Below are positions 32,141 to 42,049 of a stretch of DNA of 64,000 nucleotides, piece after piece (the stretch's first letter is position 1; each line of letters begins with the position of its first letter). The stretch is taken from contig CAWFGE010000013.1 in the NCBI GenBank assembly GCA_963815195.1, forward strand, positions 960,001-1,024,000, written 5' to 3'. A program made the position numbers and the translations under genes. The stretch comes from an uncultured Planctomycetaceae bacterium. GTDB lineage: Bacteria > Planctomycetota > Planctomycetia > Planctomycetales > Planctomycetaceae. The notes below the pieces were generated by a model. It had not been told where the DNA came from and did not search any database. It saw only the letters and a program-made list of their open reading frames with translations.

Positions 32141-32347
32141 GCGAGACCTCCCGTGAACAGCAAGAAGAGAAGAACGAACACAGCGGAGCCGCTGCCGAAG
32201 CATTGAAACAGATCTTGATCGAGCAAAATCAGCATACCCACGAGTGCGCATCTCGGAAAGTCTCCGAGAGAAATCCTCGGAAAATCCCCTTGCCCGCCGA
32301 TCGCCGCGGCATTTTGAAATGAAGTCCAAAAGCAAACGACAATTGCA

Positions 32348-32377
32348 TTGACAGCCAATATATATTCAGGCAATATA
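32348..32377 (+). promoter_or_regulatory. Putative padR promoter/operator
   Basis: TTGACA at 32348-32353 and inverted repeat TATATT-caggc-AATATA at 32361-32377, about 30 bp before the padR ATG. Confidence 0.5.
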
Positions 32378-32408
32378 AAGGCGCACAATCTATTCAAGGA
32401 GCGGCGAG

Positions 32409-32762
32409 ATGGAGACTTTGAATCCCGAACTGGTGCGGGGCAGCATCGACCTGATGGTTCTGTCGGTGCTCGCGGACGGGCCCAAGTACGGCTATTTGAT
32501 TCAGCAGCGATTGCGGGAATCCAGCGGAGAACTGCTCGACCTGAAAGCGGGGACGCTGTATCCCATTTTGCATAAGCTGGAGCAGGCCAAGTTCGTCCGC
32601 AGCAAATGGGACACCTCCACGGGCCGTCGCCGGAAGTGGTACGAATTGACCGCCGCCGGTCGCAAGCAACTGATCCACCGCGCCCAGCAATGGCAGAATT
32701 ACGTGACCTGTTTGCAGTCGATTTTGAATCCCATCCTGACAACTCTCCCGCAGGGAACCTAG
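32409..32762 (+). CDS. PadR-family transcriptional regulator
   Basis: LVRGSIDLMVLSVL, YGYLI, GTLYPILHKLE, RRKWYELTAAGRKQL. Confidence 0.93.
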   Translation: METLNPELVRGSIDLMVLSVLADGPKYGYLIQQRLRESSGELLDLKAGTLYPILHKLEQAKFVRSKWDTSTGRRRKWYELTAAGRKQLIHRAQQWQNYVTCLQSILNPILTTLPQGT

Positions 32763-32775
32763 CGGATGCCCGAAC

Positions 32776-34647
32776 ATGCCTGAAGAAGATTTTGAGCTAT
32801 TCCTGTCCCTTCTGAGCCAACTGTTGCGGTTGGATTCCCGCCAGAAGTCCGCGATCGCGGATGAACTCAGGGATCATCTGGAAGAGCGTCTTGGAGATCT
32901 CGAAGAGCAGGGCGTCCCACGCAAAGAGGCCGTGCGAAAGGCTTTGGAAGAGTTCGGGGACGCCGCGGGCCTGGCTTCCCAATTCACATCACTCTCACAT
33001 CATCGGCGAAGGAGAATCCTCATGCGTTCCGCCCTGGCGACCGCTGTTTTGGCGGCTGTTGTGTTTCTGGGAATTTTCTTGTTCGGCCCCGCCGGTCCCC
33101 AGGGGCCGCCGCAGCAAGCCGCGGCCCAGGCGCCGAAGCAACCGCCGCCCGAGCAAGCCTCGCGCGAAAAGTCCCCGGAACTGCGATCCATCATGCCGGA
33201 GGCGCTGTTAAAGGAAATCGACGTGGAGTTTATCGACACGCCGCTGCTCGATGCGGTCGATTATCTCAGCGATGCGACCAAAATGCCGGCTTTCATCGAT
33301 GAAAAGGCATTGGCGGCCCGGGAAATTGCACTAAAAGTGCCCATCACGTTTCTGGCGTCTAAAACGCCGGTTAATTTGATCCTCAACCGCATGTTGAAGC
33401 CTTTGAAGCTGGCGTGGTACAGCAAGAACGGCATGCTCTTTATCACCACGCGCATCGCGGAAGAGGATATACTCTTTACGAAGTATTATCCCGTGAAGCC
33501 GATTCTCGACCTTGGCTTTTCGCAGCAGCAATTGGTGAACCTTGTCCAAAACATGACCAGCGGACCTTGGGTGGACGTGGACGGGACCGGCGGAGTGATG
33601 TTGTTCATTGGTCAGATGCTCGCCGTTCGGCAAACGTTCCACGACCAGTTGGAAGTCGAAGAATTGCTCGCCGGTCTGATGAAATCGACTCAACCGATCG
33701 TGCGGCTGGAACCGAAGGAAAATGTGAAATTGCGCAAGGCACTTTCATCGCCAGTTCAGGTGGAGTTCATTGATACGCCCCTTAAAGATGCCGCAGAGTT
33801 TTTGAGCGAGTTCGCGAAAGTCCCTGTCGTCATGGATAAGGTGACTCTTGAGGATGAGGGGATTGGCCTCGATGCTCCCGTCAATCTGACTCTGAAAGGC
33901 AAGACGCTTCAAACCACCCTCGCATTGATGCTGCGTCCCTTGTCTGCCGAACCGGTGCTTGAAGACGGCACGATTCTCATCACGACAACGATCGAGGCGG
34001 AGGAGCATCTGACGACAGTGATTTACAACGTCAAAGACATCGCCGATTCCGCGAGCGCCATGAACCAACTGCAGGAAGCGATTCTCACGGTCACAAGAGG
34101 ACCGTGGGTGAATGTTGATGGCGTTGGCGGGATGATTTCATGGGTTCCGTCCGGAACGTTGGTCGTTCGGCAAACGGAACCGGTCCATCAGGAAATTCAA
34201 AAGCTCTTGGAGAACCTGCGGAAGTCCGGCGGCGCGGTGAAACTTCAACCGCAGCCTTCGCAAGTTTACACCGGAATGTACCGCATGAATGCCGACATGG
34301 CGGAAGACCTGCTGACTGCGCTCCCGGAGTTGATCGCGCCCGGCACCTGGCAAACGGATAAGGCCAACGGGCCCGGCACGATTCGGAAAGTGGCGGCCGG
34401 CCAATCCTCCGTCAAACCTCCCGCAGAGAAAAACCAACCGGAGAAAAAGGCCGCGGAGCAACCCGCTGCCAAACCGCCGGCCAAAAAAGCCGAGCCGGAA
34501 CCCCAATACATCGTCGTGCCGCAAGCGGTGCTCGTTATCCGCCAGACTCGGGAAGCCCACCGGGAAATCGAGCAATTTCTCATGGCGTTATTGCCGCCGG
34601 AGGAGAGAACCTTCCCAACCGGCCGCGCCCGCTTTTCATTTCCGTGA
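32776..34647 (+). CDS. HAAS/permease-prefix domain + TM + tandem STN/secretin-N-like periplasmic domains
   Basis: ELRDHLEE...EAVRKALEEFGD (PadR-associated HAAS); TM helix; duplicated VEFIDTPL.DA..(F/Y)LS and GPWV.VDG.GG...L.VRQT units. Confidence 0.75.
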   Translation: MPEEDFELFLSLLSQLLRLDSRQKSAIADELRDHLEERLGDLEEQGVPRKEAVRKALEEFGDAAGLASQFTSLSHHRRRRILMRSALATAVLAAVVFLGIFLFGPAGPQGPPQQAAAQAPKQPPPEQASREKSPELRSIMPEALLKEIDVEFIDTPLLDAVDYLSDATKMPAFIDEKALAAREIALKVPITFLASKTPVNLILNRMLKPLKLAWYSKNGMLFITTRIAEEDILFTKYYPVKPILDLGFSQQQLVNLVQNMTSGPWVDVDGTGGVMLFIGQMLAVRQTFHDQLEVEELLAGLMKSTQPIVRLEPKENVKLRKALSSPVQVEFIDTPLKDAAEFLSEFAKVPVVMDKVTLEDEGIGLDAPVNLTLKGKTLQTTLALMLRPLSAEPVLEDGTILITTTIEAEEHLTTVIYNVKDIADSASAMNQLQEAILTVTRGPWVNVDGVGGMISWVPSGTLVVRQTEPVHQEIQKLLENLRKSGGAVKLQPQPSQVYTGMYRMNADMAEDLLTALPELIAPGTWQTDKANGPGTIRKVAAGQSSVKPPAEKNQPEKKAAEQPAAKPPAKKAEPEPQYIVVPQAVLVIRQTREAHREIEQFLMALLPPEERTFPTGRARFSFP

Positions 34648-34679
34648 CCCCGCGATTTTTCGAGATGTTCATCATTCTC

Positions 34680-37600
34680 TCAGCGCGAATCGAGAGGCAG
34701 GTTGATCCATTTATCGGGATATTTCTTTTGGAGGTCGGCTTTGGCTTCCGGCGTGACGTTCGTGCCTTCGAGCGAAAGCTGTTTGAGGTTGGGGAGAGCC
34801 GCCAACTTGCGGGCCGCCTCGTCGGTCATTCGGCAATTTTGAATCATCAGGCTCTCCAGCCCATTAAAGCTGATCAGAGTGGGAACGCTCGCATCGGTAA
34901 TCGTTCGATTTTCATCGGCCGTGCCGTGCAAATACAGTTGGCGGAGCTCCGTAAGCGGCTTGAGTTTTTCGACGGCCTTATCGGTCAAGGGAACCCGTTG
35001 CAGATCCAACTCTTCCAAATTCGTCAGTTTCGCGAGATCAGGTGCGATTTTGTCGGTAAGTTTTCCTTTGCCGCGACCGATCCACAGCGATTTCAGCAAT
35101 TTCAAATTCGACAAATACGGCACGCCGGCGTCCGTAAAGTGATTCCCCTGGAGCGAAAGTTTTTCCAGATTCGGGAGTCCTCCGAAAACTTTCAGCGTCC
35201 CATCGCTGATGGGAGAATTGCCGATGTGGATGTTTTTCAGCTTTGTCAACTTTGCGAGATGTTGCGTGCCCGCGTCCGTGAGTTTATGGGCGTCCCAGAC
35301 AAAGAAGACCTCCAGTTCCGGGAGTTCCGCGACGAATCGCATGCTCTTGTCCGTGGCCTGGCCTTCCTTCAGGAGCAACTGCTTGAGCCGGGGGAATTTC
35401 GGCATCCATTGGAGCGCCGCGTCCGTCTCCGCCTGGTCGTTGTCGTAGCGAACTTTGTCCTTCGTGTAGTAATAGACCATGTTGACTTCGACGACGTGTT
35501 TCTCATCATCGAGTTCGTACCATCCGCCGAGCCTGCGAATGGCCGCCGCGGCTTCGCGTTCTTCGGGGACAGGAATCGACAACCGCACCGGCGAGAACTT
35601 TTGCTTCTTGCGAGGCGGTTCCTCGAGCACCTTGAAGTCCAGCACGACCAGTTCCCCCTCTTTGACTTCGATGCCTTCGCGGGATTTCTCAGCGTCTTCC
35701 GTTCGTGTCCAGACTTCGGAGGTCATGATGTAGGGGAAGTTTTTTCCGGGACCGACGCGAAGCCCGAAGCGGCCATTCTTATCCACAAGAGCCGAAACGA
35801 CGGCGGCTCCCGATTTCGGCCGGGCCGGACCATAGGCTGCGACTCTAAGCGATCTGCCGTCCCATTCGGAAATCGGCTTTCCCGTTTTGGCCTCCGTAAT
35901 CCGTCCCTCCAACCAGCCGCCTTCCACGAGCGAGATGTTCTGGTTGGAGTAAGTCTTTCCCGCTTCGACTTCCAAAGAATCAATCGCAATGCACGTCCGC
36001 TTCTCCGCATCCGCCCAGATGTTGTACTTCCCGGCCGCGACGGATGTGAGCCGATAGCGGCCCTCCGCATTCGTTTTGGTGTTGTGATAACCATTCGTAG
36101 AATCTATTCCTTGCATTGCGACTCTTACATTCACAGCCGGCTTGCCGGTTACTTTGTCGGTGACTTGCCCCTCGATCACGGCGGCGGCTTTTAGCGTCAC
36201 ATCGACGGTGGAGGGAATCTTGGTATAGGCGAGGCGTTCCAGGCCGAAATCCGGATGGCGAACGCTGAAAGAACAGCTAGTGACGACTAAAGACTCGCTC
36301 TCGTTCAGTTTTTGCGGCTTCTCTTTGGCTGCGTCCCAGACGGCCACGTCCGTCAGCGAGTAATTGCCGTCCGCATCTGTCGTGTCGCTGAGGACGCCTT
36401 TGATAGGTTGTTCATATGGATAACAAGGAAGATACACCTCTGCCCCTTTGACCGGCCGGCCCTTGTCATCGATCACGCGTCCCGAAAGCGTTCCCGCTTC
36501 GGGCATCTCGACGGAGATATTCTGCGTCGTCTCCCTCGATGACATATAGGGGTTCAAATGCGAGGTCCGTCCGGGCTTTGTCGCGGCGAGCAGGTAATAC
36601 GTCTCATAATAAGATCTCCTTCGATGCAGGAGGATTGCGAGCTTCGGTACGGAACCGGAGCCGGCAGTTTCTCGAACTGAAACTTCCCGGCCGCGTCCGT
36701 TTTGGACTCTTTTACCAACTCGCGCGTGAGGTTCAATGAATCCACGCGAAACAGCCGCACGCGAACGCCTTCCAACGGATGTTTCTCTTCGTCCGTGCAT
36801 GTGCCGTTGATGGCGTACTGCTTCGTGGGCTCGGCTTTCTCTTGTTGGTTGTTGCCGGCCTTCGCCTTTACTTCTTGCCGGGGCTTGTTTGCATTGGATC
36901 CCGGCTCGGAAGGGTTCGGCGTTTGAGCGCTGGTCAAACCGCAGGCGGCTAGGGCCAATAAAATGGTTGCCCCCAAGAGCGAATGCTTCCAGGTCGATTT
37001 CCGGTACGTGGCGATCATGTTGATCCTCCGGTGGAGTAAACGAGGAGAGCCAGCCGCGCTCACGAGGGCGGCTGGCGGTCGGCGGGCGATGTTGCGGGAC
37101 GCCAGGTTCACGACGAGTTCCCCGTAGGGCCGGGCGTGGCCGGGTCCGAGATGAGACAAAACGGCCGCGTCGCAGGCAAGTTCTCTCGCATCCCGCAATC
37201 GTAAAAGTGCCCACCAAGCGGCCGGGTTGAACCAGTGCACGGCGGCGAGAACGGCAGCCAGTTGATCCCAAAGCACGTCTAGCCGGCGGACGTGGCTCAT
37301 CTCGTGCAGAAACACCATCTCCAATTCGCTGGGATCGAGAGAATGGATCGAGCGATTTCGGCAGCACGATGCTCGGCCGAAATAATCCCAGCGTGGCCGG
37401 ACCGATCGGGCGATCGGATTGCAATAATCGCACCCGCCGCCGAATCCCAAATCGGCATCGGTAGTCTTCCAACACCTGAAGGATCTGCTCGTCGGTGACG
37501 TCCTCCCAAGCTGCCTTCAGAGCCAATAAACGCCGCCATCGGAAACATTGTCTCACCAGCAGCATGGCCGCAACGATTCCCCAAACGCCGATCCCCGCCC

Positions 37601-38069
37601 CCCACAACAGATCGCTCGATTGAAACTGAGCGGGGCCGTCTTCGGCTGGTTCGTCGGCCGAAGCAATTGGTTTTTGCGGAGCAGTGGAATCGTCACGCGG
37701 CGGCGAGGAAATATCTTGCGGAACCGCCGATCGGGAGGATGCCGTTTCTGGCGATGTCTCGGAGGGCGGTGGGAAATCGCCTTCCCGCGAAGGAGCAAGT
37801 TTCACTTCGGCGGGCGTTGGCTTATTGGCGACGGAGGTTTTCTGATCGGAAGCCGCCAGAAGGTTCCAAACGCTCAAAGGGCTGGCAGGCAGCAGCGGAC
37901 AGGCGAACCGCACGAACACGAGGCCCCATAACATGAATTGCCAATGGGGACTGATCCGGGAACCCGCGAGCCGGCAGAGGGCCGCGATCGCCAAGGCAAG
38001 AAGCCCCGCTTGCCAACAGGCGGTCAAAAACAGCAGGCCGACTTGTGCTTCGATTGGGGAGGCTGCCAT
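34680..38069 (-). CDS. BlaR1-like M56 peptidase sensor with carboxypeptidase-regulatory-like beta repeats and C-terminal LRRs (compensating frameshifts ~37350 and ~36610)
   Basis: TM N-terminus; GPATLGLFRPSIVLP; HEMSHVRRLD...HWFNP...RELACD in alternate frame (36554-37450); GRVIDDKGRPVKGA repeats; LxxLxxLxL repeats. Confidence 0.88.
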   Translation of the reverse strand: MAASPIEAQVGLLFLTACWQAGLLALAIAALCRLAGSRISPHWQFMLWGLVFVRFACPLLPASPLSVWNLLAASDQKTSVANKPTPAEVKLAPSREGDFPPPSETSPETASSRSAVPQDISSPPRDDSTAPQKPIASADEPAEDGPAQFQSSDLLWGAGIGVWGIVAAMLLVRQCFRWRRLLALKAAWEDVTDEQILQVLEDYRCRFGIRRRVRLLQSDRPIGPATLGLFRPSIVLPKSLDPFSRSQRIGDGVSARDEPRPPARRALGSTGCRSRRRALVQPGRLVGTFTIAGCERTCLRRGRFVSSRTRPRPALRGTRREPGVPQHRPPTASRPRERGWLSSFTPPEDQHDRHVPEIDLEAFALGGNHFIGPSRLRFDQRSNAEPFRAGIQCKQAPARSKGEGRQQPTRESRAHEAVRHQRHMHGRRETSVGRRSRAAVSRGFIEPHARVGKRVQNGRGREVSVRETAGSGSVPKLAILLHRRRSYYETYYLLAATKPGRTSHLNPYMSSRETTQNISVEMPEAGTLSGRVIDDKGRPVKGAEVYLPCYPYEQPIKGVLSDTTDADGNYSLTDVAVWDAAKEKPQKLNESESLVVTSCSFSVRHPDFGLERLAYTKIPSTVDVTLKAAAVIEGQVTDKVTGKPAVNVRVAMQGIDSTNGYHNTKTNAEGRYRLTSVAAGKYNIWADAEKRTCIAIDSLEVEAGKTYSNQNISLVEGGWLEGRITEAKTGKPISEWDGRSLRVAAYGPARPKSGAAVVSALVDKNGRFGLRVGPGKNFPYIMTSEVWTRTEDAEKSREGIEVKEGELVVLDFKVLEEPPRKKQKFSPVRLSIPVPEEREAAAAIRRLGGWYELDDEKHVVEVNMVYYYTKDKVRYDNDQAETDAALQWMPKFPRLKQLLLKEGQATDKSMRFVAELPELEVFFVWDAHKLTDAGTQHLAKLTKLKNIHIGNSPISDGTLKVFGGLPNLEKLSLQGNHFTDAGVPYLSNLKLLKSLWIGRGKGKLTDKIAPDLAKLTNLEELDLQRVPLTDKAVEKLKPLTELRQLYLHGTADENRTITDASVPTLISFNGLESLMIQNCRMTDEAARKLAALPNLKQLSLEGTNVTPEAKADLQKKYPDKWINLPLDSR

Positions 38070-38075
38070 GAGCGG

Positions 38076-38456
38076 TTACTCCTTGTCCTCGAGTTTCTGA
38101 TCCAGAAGCTGTTTGAGTTGCTCAATCTGCTCGGCCGAGATGTCCGAGGACTGCACAAAGTGGACCAGCAATTCGGCCGGGTCTCCCTCGAAGATTTTCT
38201 GCAAGAAATTCTGCCCGGCTTGCCGCACACAGCGTTTGCGCGACGCCCGCGCGCGATACCGATGCCGGTGTCCCTCCTCTTCGGCCGCGAGGACTCCCTT
38301 TTGCACCAGGCGGGACAACAGCGTCCGCACCGTGCGGTGGCTCCAGCCCGTCCGCGGCGTGAGGCGTTCGATCACATCCGCCGCCGTCGCCGTGCCCAGC
38401 GCCCACACAACCTGCATCACGTCCCACTCGGCATCGCTGATTCGATATTCCGGCAT
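38076..38456 (-). CDS. BlaI/MecI/CopY-family repressor
   Basis: ISDAEWDVMQVVW, WSHRTVRTLLSRLVQKG, FEGDPAELLVHF. Confidence 0.95.
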   Translation of the reverse strand: MPEYRISDAEWDVMQVVWALGTATAADVIERLTPRTGWSHRTVRTLLSRLVQKGVLAAEEEGHRHRYRARASRKRCVRQAGQNFLQKIFEGDPAELLVHFVQSSDISAEQIEQLKQLLDQKLEDKE

Positions 38457-38468
38457 GGCTCCCCTCAC

Positions 38469-38509
38469 TGACTACATGTGTAAGCATCAAGTTACCACGC
38501 CTGTAATCA
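38469..38509. promoter_or_regulatory. BlaI/CopY operator (TACA-nn-TGTA) plus a degenerate second copy
   Basis: TACAtgTGTA at 38473-38482 and CACGccTGTA at 38496-38505, directly upstream of blaI. Confidence 0.8.
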
Positions 38510-38693
38510 CATGTCAATTTCGGCTTGGGGATTAAATTGAGAAATTTTGGTTGCGTTCGGCCGGGCGCAGGACTTCCGCGGCGGGAAATACGACCGCCGC
38601 GCCCGCGCAACCTGGATCGAGCCGGATGCGGTTTTGGAAACCATCGTGGGGCAGACGCGCGCACCGGCCTCGGGTTGGCCCGCTCGCCTGAAA

Positions 38694-39857
38694 TTACGGG
38701 GCGGGAATGGCCGGCGGAACCCAGGAAAAGTAATACATCGCCTGCGGAACGGAAGCATCGAGCCGCGCTTGCTGCCGGCCTTCGGGCGATTGGGCCTTGC
38801 CGTAGCCGAGCAGCATTTCCCACAGCGAAAACGGCGACTGGTATTTCACCACGCGCACCTCGTCCAATCCGAGCTTTTCTTGCAGCTTGTCGAGCGCATC
38901 TTCCTCGAAGCCGATCTCATCCACCAACCCGGTGGACAGCGCCGACGCCGCCGTGAAAATCCGCCCTGTCGCGAGGTTGGTCTGCTTGTCCTTGGGGACC
39001 TTGGTGGATACCAGTTCCCAGTAATTCGGCACGACCTCGGGATCGTCCTCGGCCGTGGGCTTCTGGGTTTCGCGGATGGTCAAATTCGGCCGATTGTCGC
39101 CGACCACGTGGAGGAACCTGGAAAACGATTCGTTCAGAATCCCGCCCCAAATCTGCCGCTCCTCGGACGAGAGTTCGTGGAACGGACTCAGGGCATCTTT
39201 GAACTTCCCGGTCTTCAGCGGGACGGATTTGATGTTCCAATTGTCCGCCAGCCCGCTGACGTCGTAGCGAGGGATAATCACGCCGATCGATCCGGTCCAG
39301 GTCGTGGGCTCGGCGAAGATGCGGCCTTCGGGCCCCGCGCCCATCGCGATGTAATAACCCCCGGACGCCGCCAGACGTTTCATCGCGACAAACACCGGCT
39401 TTTTGTGCTCCTCGTGCAGCTTTTTTAGATGGTGGTAGATCTGGTGGCTGTCCGCCACGAGTCCGCCGGGGCTGTCGATCGTCAGCAGGACGCCTTTCAC
39501 GTCGTCGTCGTCTTTGGCCTGCTTGATTTCCCGCAGCACGCGCTCGGTCAAAGGCGGCATGATCGTGCCTTCGACACGGATGATCGCAATTTTGTCCGAT
39601 GCCGTCGCCGACCCGGAATGGAACTTCTCGATCGGCTTGTTCCCCGAGGCGAAGTAGTCGGCAAATTTTTCATACAACACAAAATTCGCCACCACGGAAA
39701 TCAAGAGCGCCAAAACCAGAATCCGCACGATCCACTGGCGTTTTTTGGGTCCGGCGGGCGGATGCCGTTTGTCCGGCGGCGGCGGGGGATTGGGTGGAAC
39801 CTGTTTCGAGGCAGAGGGTTCCGGCGAAGGAGGCGGTTGGGAAGGATTCTCGGTCAT
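38694..39857 (-). CDS. sppA: Signal peptide peptidase SppA (S49, 36K type)
   Basis: IDSPGG, AASGGYYIA, TGSIGVI, KTGKFKD, ATGRIFTA, GLVDEIG. Confidence 0.93.
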   Translation of the reverse strand: MTENPSQPPPSPEPSASKQVPPNPPPPPDKRHPPAGPKKRQWIVRILVLALLISVVANFVLYEKFADYFASGNKPIEKFHSGSATASDKIAIIRVEGTIMPPLTERVLREIKQAKDDDDVKGVLLTIDSPGGLVADSHQIYHHLKKLHEEHKKPVFVAMKRLAASGGYYIAMGAGPEGRIFAEPTTWTGSIGVIIPRYDVSGLADNWNIKSVPLKTGKFKDALSPFHELSSEERQIWGGILNESFSRFLHVVGDNRPNLTIRETQKPTAEDDPEVVPNYWELVSTKVPKDKQTNLATGRIFTAASALSTGLVDEIGFEEDALDKLQEKLGLDEVRVVKYQSPFSLWEMLLGYGKAQSPEGRQQARLDASVPQAMYYFSWVPPAIPAP

Positions 39858-40133
39858 GGAAAATTGGCAAGCCTTGGTCAAGCAGTGAAAAGGGGGCGAA
39901 TGTTCCGGATATAGGCGACGCACCGCCTGGAAATGCCCGGGAAACCCGCCTCGCCGTCAAACTCTCCGCTCGGGAGGACGATAACAGGAAGGGCTGGATC
40001 GATTGCCGGGACTTTAGCGATTATTTCACTTGGCCGGATCGAACGCAACAATCGGCCGCGAAACACGAGCGTGGCGCACGGCCTTTCCAGGAATCTCTGA
40101 TCAGAGGCAAGGATTTTTAGGAGATCACGGGGC

Positions 40134-41970
40134 ATGAAACGCTGGACGATTCACAAAACGGGAAAGGTGATTCTTTCCACCGCGACGGGGTTTTGCCTTT
40201 GGACGTCGTCCGTCTCGTTCGGCCAGGAGCCCGAGCCGCCGGTCAACGAAATCCAGCGCCGGCTGCAGGAACTCTATTCCCGCGATGGCGGGAAGATGCC
40301 GTCCATGAACATGGAGAACCTGCCCAAGACGCTGCCCAACGGCCAGCAACCGGTCATGCCGACTTTTCGGCGCCCGGTCGCATCGCATCAAAATCCGCAA
40401 CCGCCCGCGATGCCGCCGCAGCATCAACAGCCGCAACGGCCCGTGATGCCGTCGCAGCACCAACAAACACAACCGCAGCCGCCGCAGAACGCGGGGCTTT
40501 TCGGGCGGATGTTCCCGCACCAAAACGCCGCACCGGCTTCGCCCCACGTTCCGACGCAGCACACGGTTGAACACTTCCAAGAGACCCATCAGCAGCGGGC
40601 GTTGCCTCCGGCTCCGCACCGGGCCGTGCGATCAAATCCTCCGCAAGCGGTGGCTCTCCCGCAAACGCCCGGCCATCCGCAGCCGTCGGCCGTTGGAATT
40701 CGCGCCCCCATCACGGGCACGACACCGGCGTTGAGCACGGCCGATGTCGCCCATCAATCGCCCCAGATTGTGCCCCGGGCGCTCTATCCGACCGATGAGC
40801 CGGCCCCGCCCGTGCCCGCGATCAAGTCGGCTCCCAACGACCAGCCCGTCGCCTCGAAGAATTCCGGAAAGCCGGAGGTCGTCCCGCGGACGGCCGCGTT
40901 CCCGGACGAAGTCCCGCTCCACAAGGCGTCGGAGATGACGCAGCGGCATCCGTTTGCTAGCCGGGAAGAACCGGAGGAACCGAGCTTCGAAATGCCCACG
41001 ATGGTGCATCCCGAGCCCGATTCCGAAAAATCCAAAGCCGCGGTCGTGCTCTCGCCGCCGATTGCGGAACCGGACCAAGCCCAGCCCCAAGCGCGGGGAA
41101 TCTTCAATCCCTTCGCCGAAGACGAGCACGCGAAAACGCCGGCCAAACCGCAAACCCGCTCGGTGGCCAGGCAGGAACCGCCCAGACCGGCGGTGACAAT
41201 CGAGAACCCGTTCGACGATCTCTCAAACCGGGCCATCCCCAAAGCGAAACCCGTCCAGGAGGCGCCCGAAACCGGCGGCGGCGACGAACCCGTTTGACGG
41301 CTTCGCAAACCGGGCCGTCCCGCAAGCCAAACCCGTCGCCAAACAGGAACCGCCCAAGCCCGAGGCGAAGACGGAAAATCCCTTTGAGAATTTCCCGAAT
41401 CAGCCCGTCGCCGAAGCGAAGCGGGTCGCCAAACAGGAACGGCCTAACCCCGCGGCGCAACCCCAACCGGCCGGACCCTTGGGCAATCCGTTCGAAGTCA
41501 TTGGGCAGACCGCCGCGAGTCCCCAACCCGCGGAGTCCCATCAAAAGTTCGCCCTCCAGCTGCCCCCGGTGACGCCGGCCGCGCCGCATCACTCGCCGCA
41601 ACTCGGCCCGGAAGTTCCCGCCACTCTGGCCGCGATTCCCGCGAAGCCCGCGGGAATGGAAGGCTGCTGTCCGGTGACGCTTCGCGACCGCCGGGTAATG
41701 GTGCCCGGAAAGGCCGAGCACGCGACCGAATGGCAGGGCGTCACCTATCGGTTCGCCTCCGCCCAGGCCCAGGCCGAATTTGAAGCCCAGCCGGAGCATT
41801 ACGCTCCCGCGAAAGGCGGTCAGGACGTGATTCTGCTGGCCGACTCGGGCCAAAACGTCCCCGGGACGCTCGAGCACGCCGTCTGGTATCACCATCAACT
41901 CTACCTGTTCCAAAGCAGCCAGACGATGGAAGCCTTTAGCGCCAGTCCGGAAAAATACTGCGAACAATAA
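40134..41970 (+). CDS. Exported Pro/Gln-rich protein with NPF repeats and C-terminal YHS-like domain (frameshift near 41265)
   Basis: Signal-like N-terminus; low-complexity middle; GCCPVTL...TYRFAS...FEAQPEHYAP...LYLF...FSASPEKY. Confidence 0.8.
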
Positions 41971-41994
41971 CGGTCCATTAGAAATCCCGTTTCC

Positions 41995-42037
41995 AAAAAA
42001 AACCTCGCCGCGGTTCGAACCCGGGCGAGGTTTTTTT
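41995..42037. terminator. Bidirectional intrinsic terminator
   Basis: A8-cctcgcc...ggcgagg-T7 between convergent genes. Confidence 0.85.
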
Positions 42038-42049
42038 GATCCGGCGATC

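Noticed and set aside
34680..38069. The 1129-aa ORF as the true protein sequence
   Set aside because: Its middle (~37350-36610) is out of frame; the M56 HExxH motif lies in the alternate frame.
42001..42040. GGTTCGAACCC as a tRNA T-arm
   Set aside because: No cloverleaf; it is the loop region of a terminator hairpin with A and T tracts.
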